Position numbers and translations under genes: made by a program | Shown here: piece by piece, positions 63,584-64,000 of the stretch | How the letters are laid out: each line of letters begins with the position of its first letter | Numbering within the stretch: the stretch's first letter is position 1 | Source: an uncultured Chloroflexia bacterium | GTDB taxonomy: Bacteria > Chloroflexota > Limnocylindria > Limnocylindrales > CSP1-4 | Direction of reading: 5' to 3' | Assembly: GCA_963810285.1 (NCBI GenBank) | Contig: CAWEMV010000002.1 | Coordinates: 1,053,177-1,117,176, forward strand | DNA: 64,000 nt | The notes under the pieces: model-generated | Database searches by the model: none | Told to the model about the DNA's origin: nothing | The model's input: the letters and a program-made list of their open reading frames with translations, nothing else

Positions 63584-64000
63584 ATGGACGACGGGTTGGT
63601 CGAGATGGTCGTCGAGAGCGTCCGCGTCCACATGCTCTCCAGCCGGCACGTGGTGATCCTCAAGGAGACCGGGCGGGAACGCTATCTGCCCATCTGGATC
63701 GGCCCGTGGGAGGCAAGCGCCATCGCGATGCGCCTCCAGGGCCTGACACCTGAGCGGCCACTGACCCACGACCTGTTCGCGAGCACGCTCGAGGCCGTCG
63801 ACGCGCGCGTCGCGCGGGTCATCATCTCGGATCTCGCCGAGGAGACGTTCCACGCGCGCCTGTTCGTGGAGCGCGACGGCCGGGTCGGCGAGATCGACGC
63901 GCGACCGTCCGACGCGCTGGCCCTGGCGGTCCGTGTCGGTGCCCCGATCTTCGCCGTGCCATCGGTGCTCGACCAGGCCGGGCTCGGCGCCGACGGCGGT
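63584..64000 (+). CDS. bifunctional nuclease (BFN/DUF151) family protein, 5' part (runs off window end)
   Basis: My own translation from ATG 63584 gives MDDGLVEMVVESVRVHMLSSRHVVILKETGRERYLPIWIGPWEASAIAMRLQGLTPERPLTHDLF...DARPSDALALAVRVGAPIF, the typical DUF151 pattern. It has no stop in the window, so it is absent from the ORF track. Confidence 0.72.
   Translation, partial: MDDGLVEMVVESVRVHMLSSRHVVILKETGRERYLPIWIGPWEASAIAMRLQGLTPERPLTHDLFASTLEAVDARVARVIISDLAEETFHARLFVERDGRVGEIDARPSDALALAVRVGAPIFAVPSVLDQAGLGADGG

Overview
Visibly GC-rich (roughly 70%) bacterial chromosome segment covering the replication-origin neighbourhood. Its gene content is Actinomycetota-like or from another deep-branching high-GC lineage. 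About 62 protein genes, 1 tmRNA and 1 decayed pseudogene are supported. I saw no rRNA, tRNA, CRISPR array, transposase or integrase.

Gene layout:
- Origin core: rpmH-rnpA-yidD-yidC-jag on the minus strand (52.8-55.7 kb) diverges from dnaA-dnaN-recF-DUF721 on the plus strand (56.2-60.5 kb). A cluster of DnaA-box-like repeats lies in the dnaA-dnaN spacer.
- 0-14 kb, mostly minus strand: prfA, DUF1385, rpmE, rpmA, rplU, a decayed ArsB/NhaD permease, and mreD-mrdA-rodA.
- 14-33.6 kb, a long plus-strand housekeeping block: parS, parA-parB-gyrB, thioesterase, AlkD-like gene, gyrA, prs, secA, ydcF, a small Cys-rich ORF, prfB (classic +1 frameshift), GNAT, ftsE-ftsX, S41 peptidase, smpB.
- 33.6-39.6 kb: a two-gene urease (fused gamma/beta plus alpha) and three other genes separate smpB from ssrA (tmRNA, 39248-39621).
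- 39.7-52.7 kb, accessory genes: DUF4260, an F420-type nitroreductase, DUF4386, a MalT-like LuxR regulator, sugar ABC transporter genes, a cupin, a Kef-type antiporter and VanW.

Observations most worth follow-up:
1. dnaA is broken by one extra base (CCC-G-ATG) just before domain IV.
2. recF and an ABC solute-binding protein have conserved N-termini (Walker A; Tat/lipobox signal) with no ATG/GTG/TTG upstream. Each has only an ATC available.
3. A 74-aa ORF with 8 cysteines (2x CX3CX2C) abuts the prfB start codon.
4. A 190-nt intergenic region before smpB carries a perfect 10-nt SD, an anti-SD mimic and mutually exclusive hairpins.
5. Three AGTC-N7-GACT palindromes lie upstream of secA.
6. About 20 kb of essential genes are oriented head-on to the predicted origin.
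7. L21 carries a roughly 135-aa Ala/Lys/Pro-rich tail.
8. A membrane protein has a degenerate PP2C-like domain plus a propeller-like ectodomain.

All family calls come from reading the translations by eye. No database search was run.
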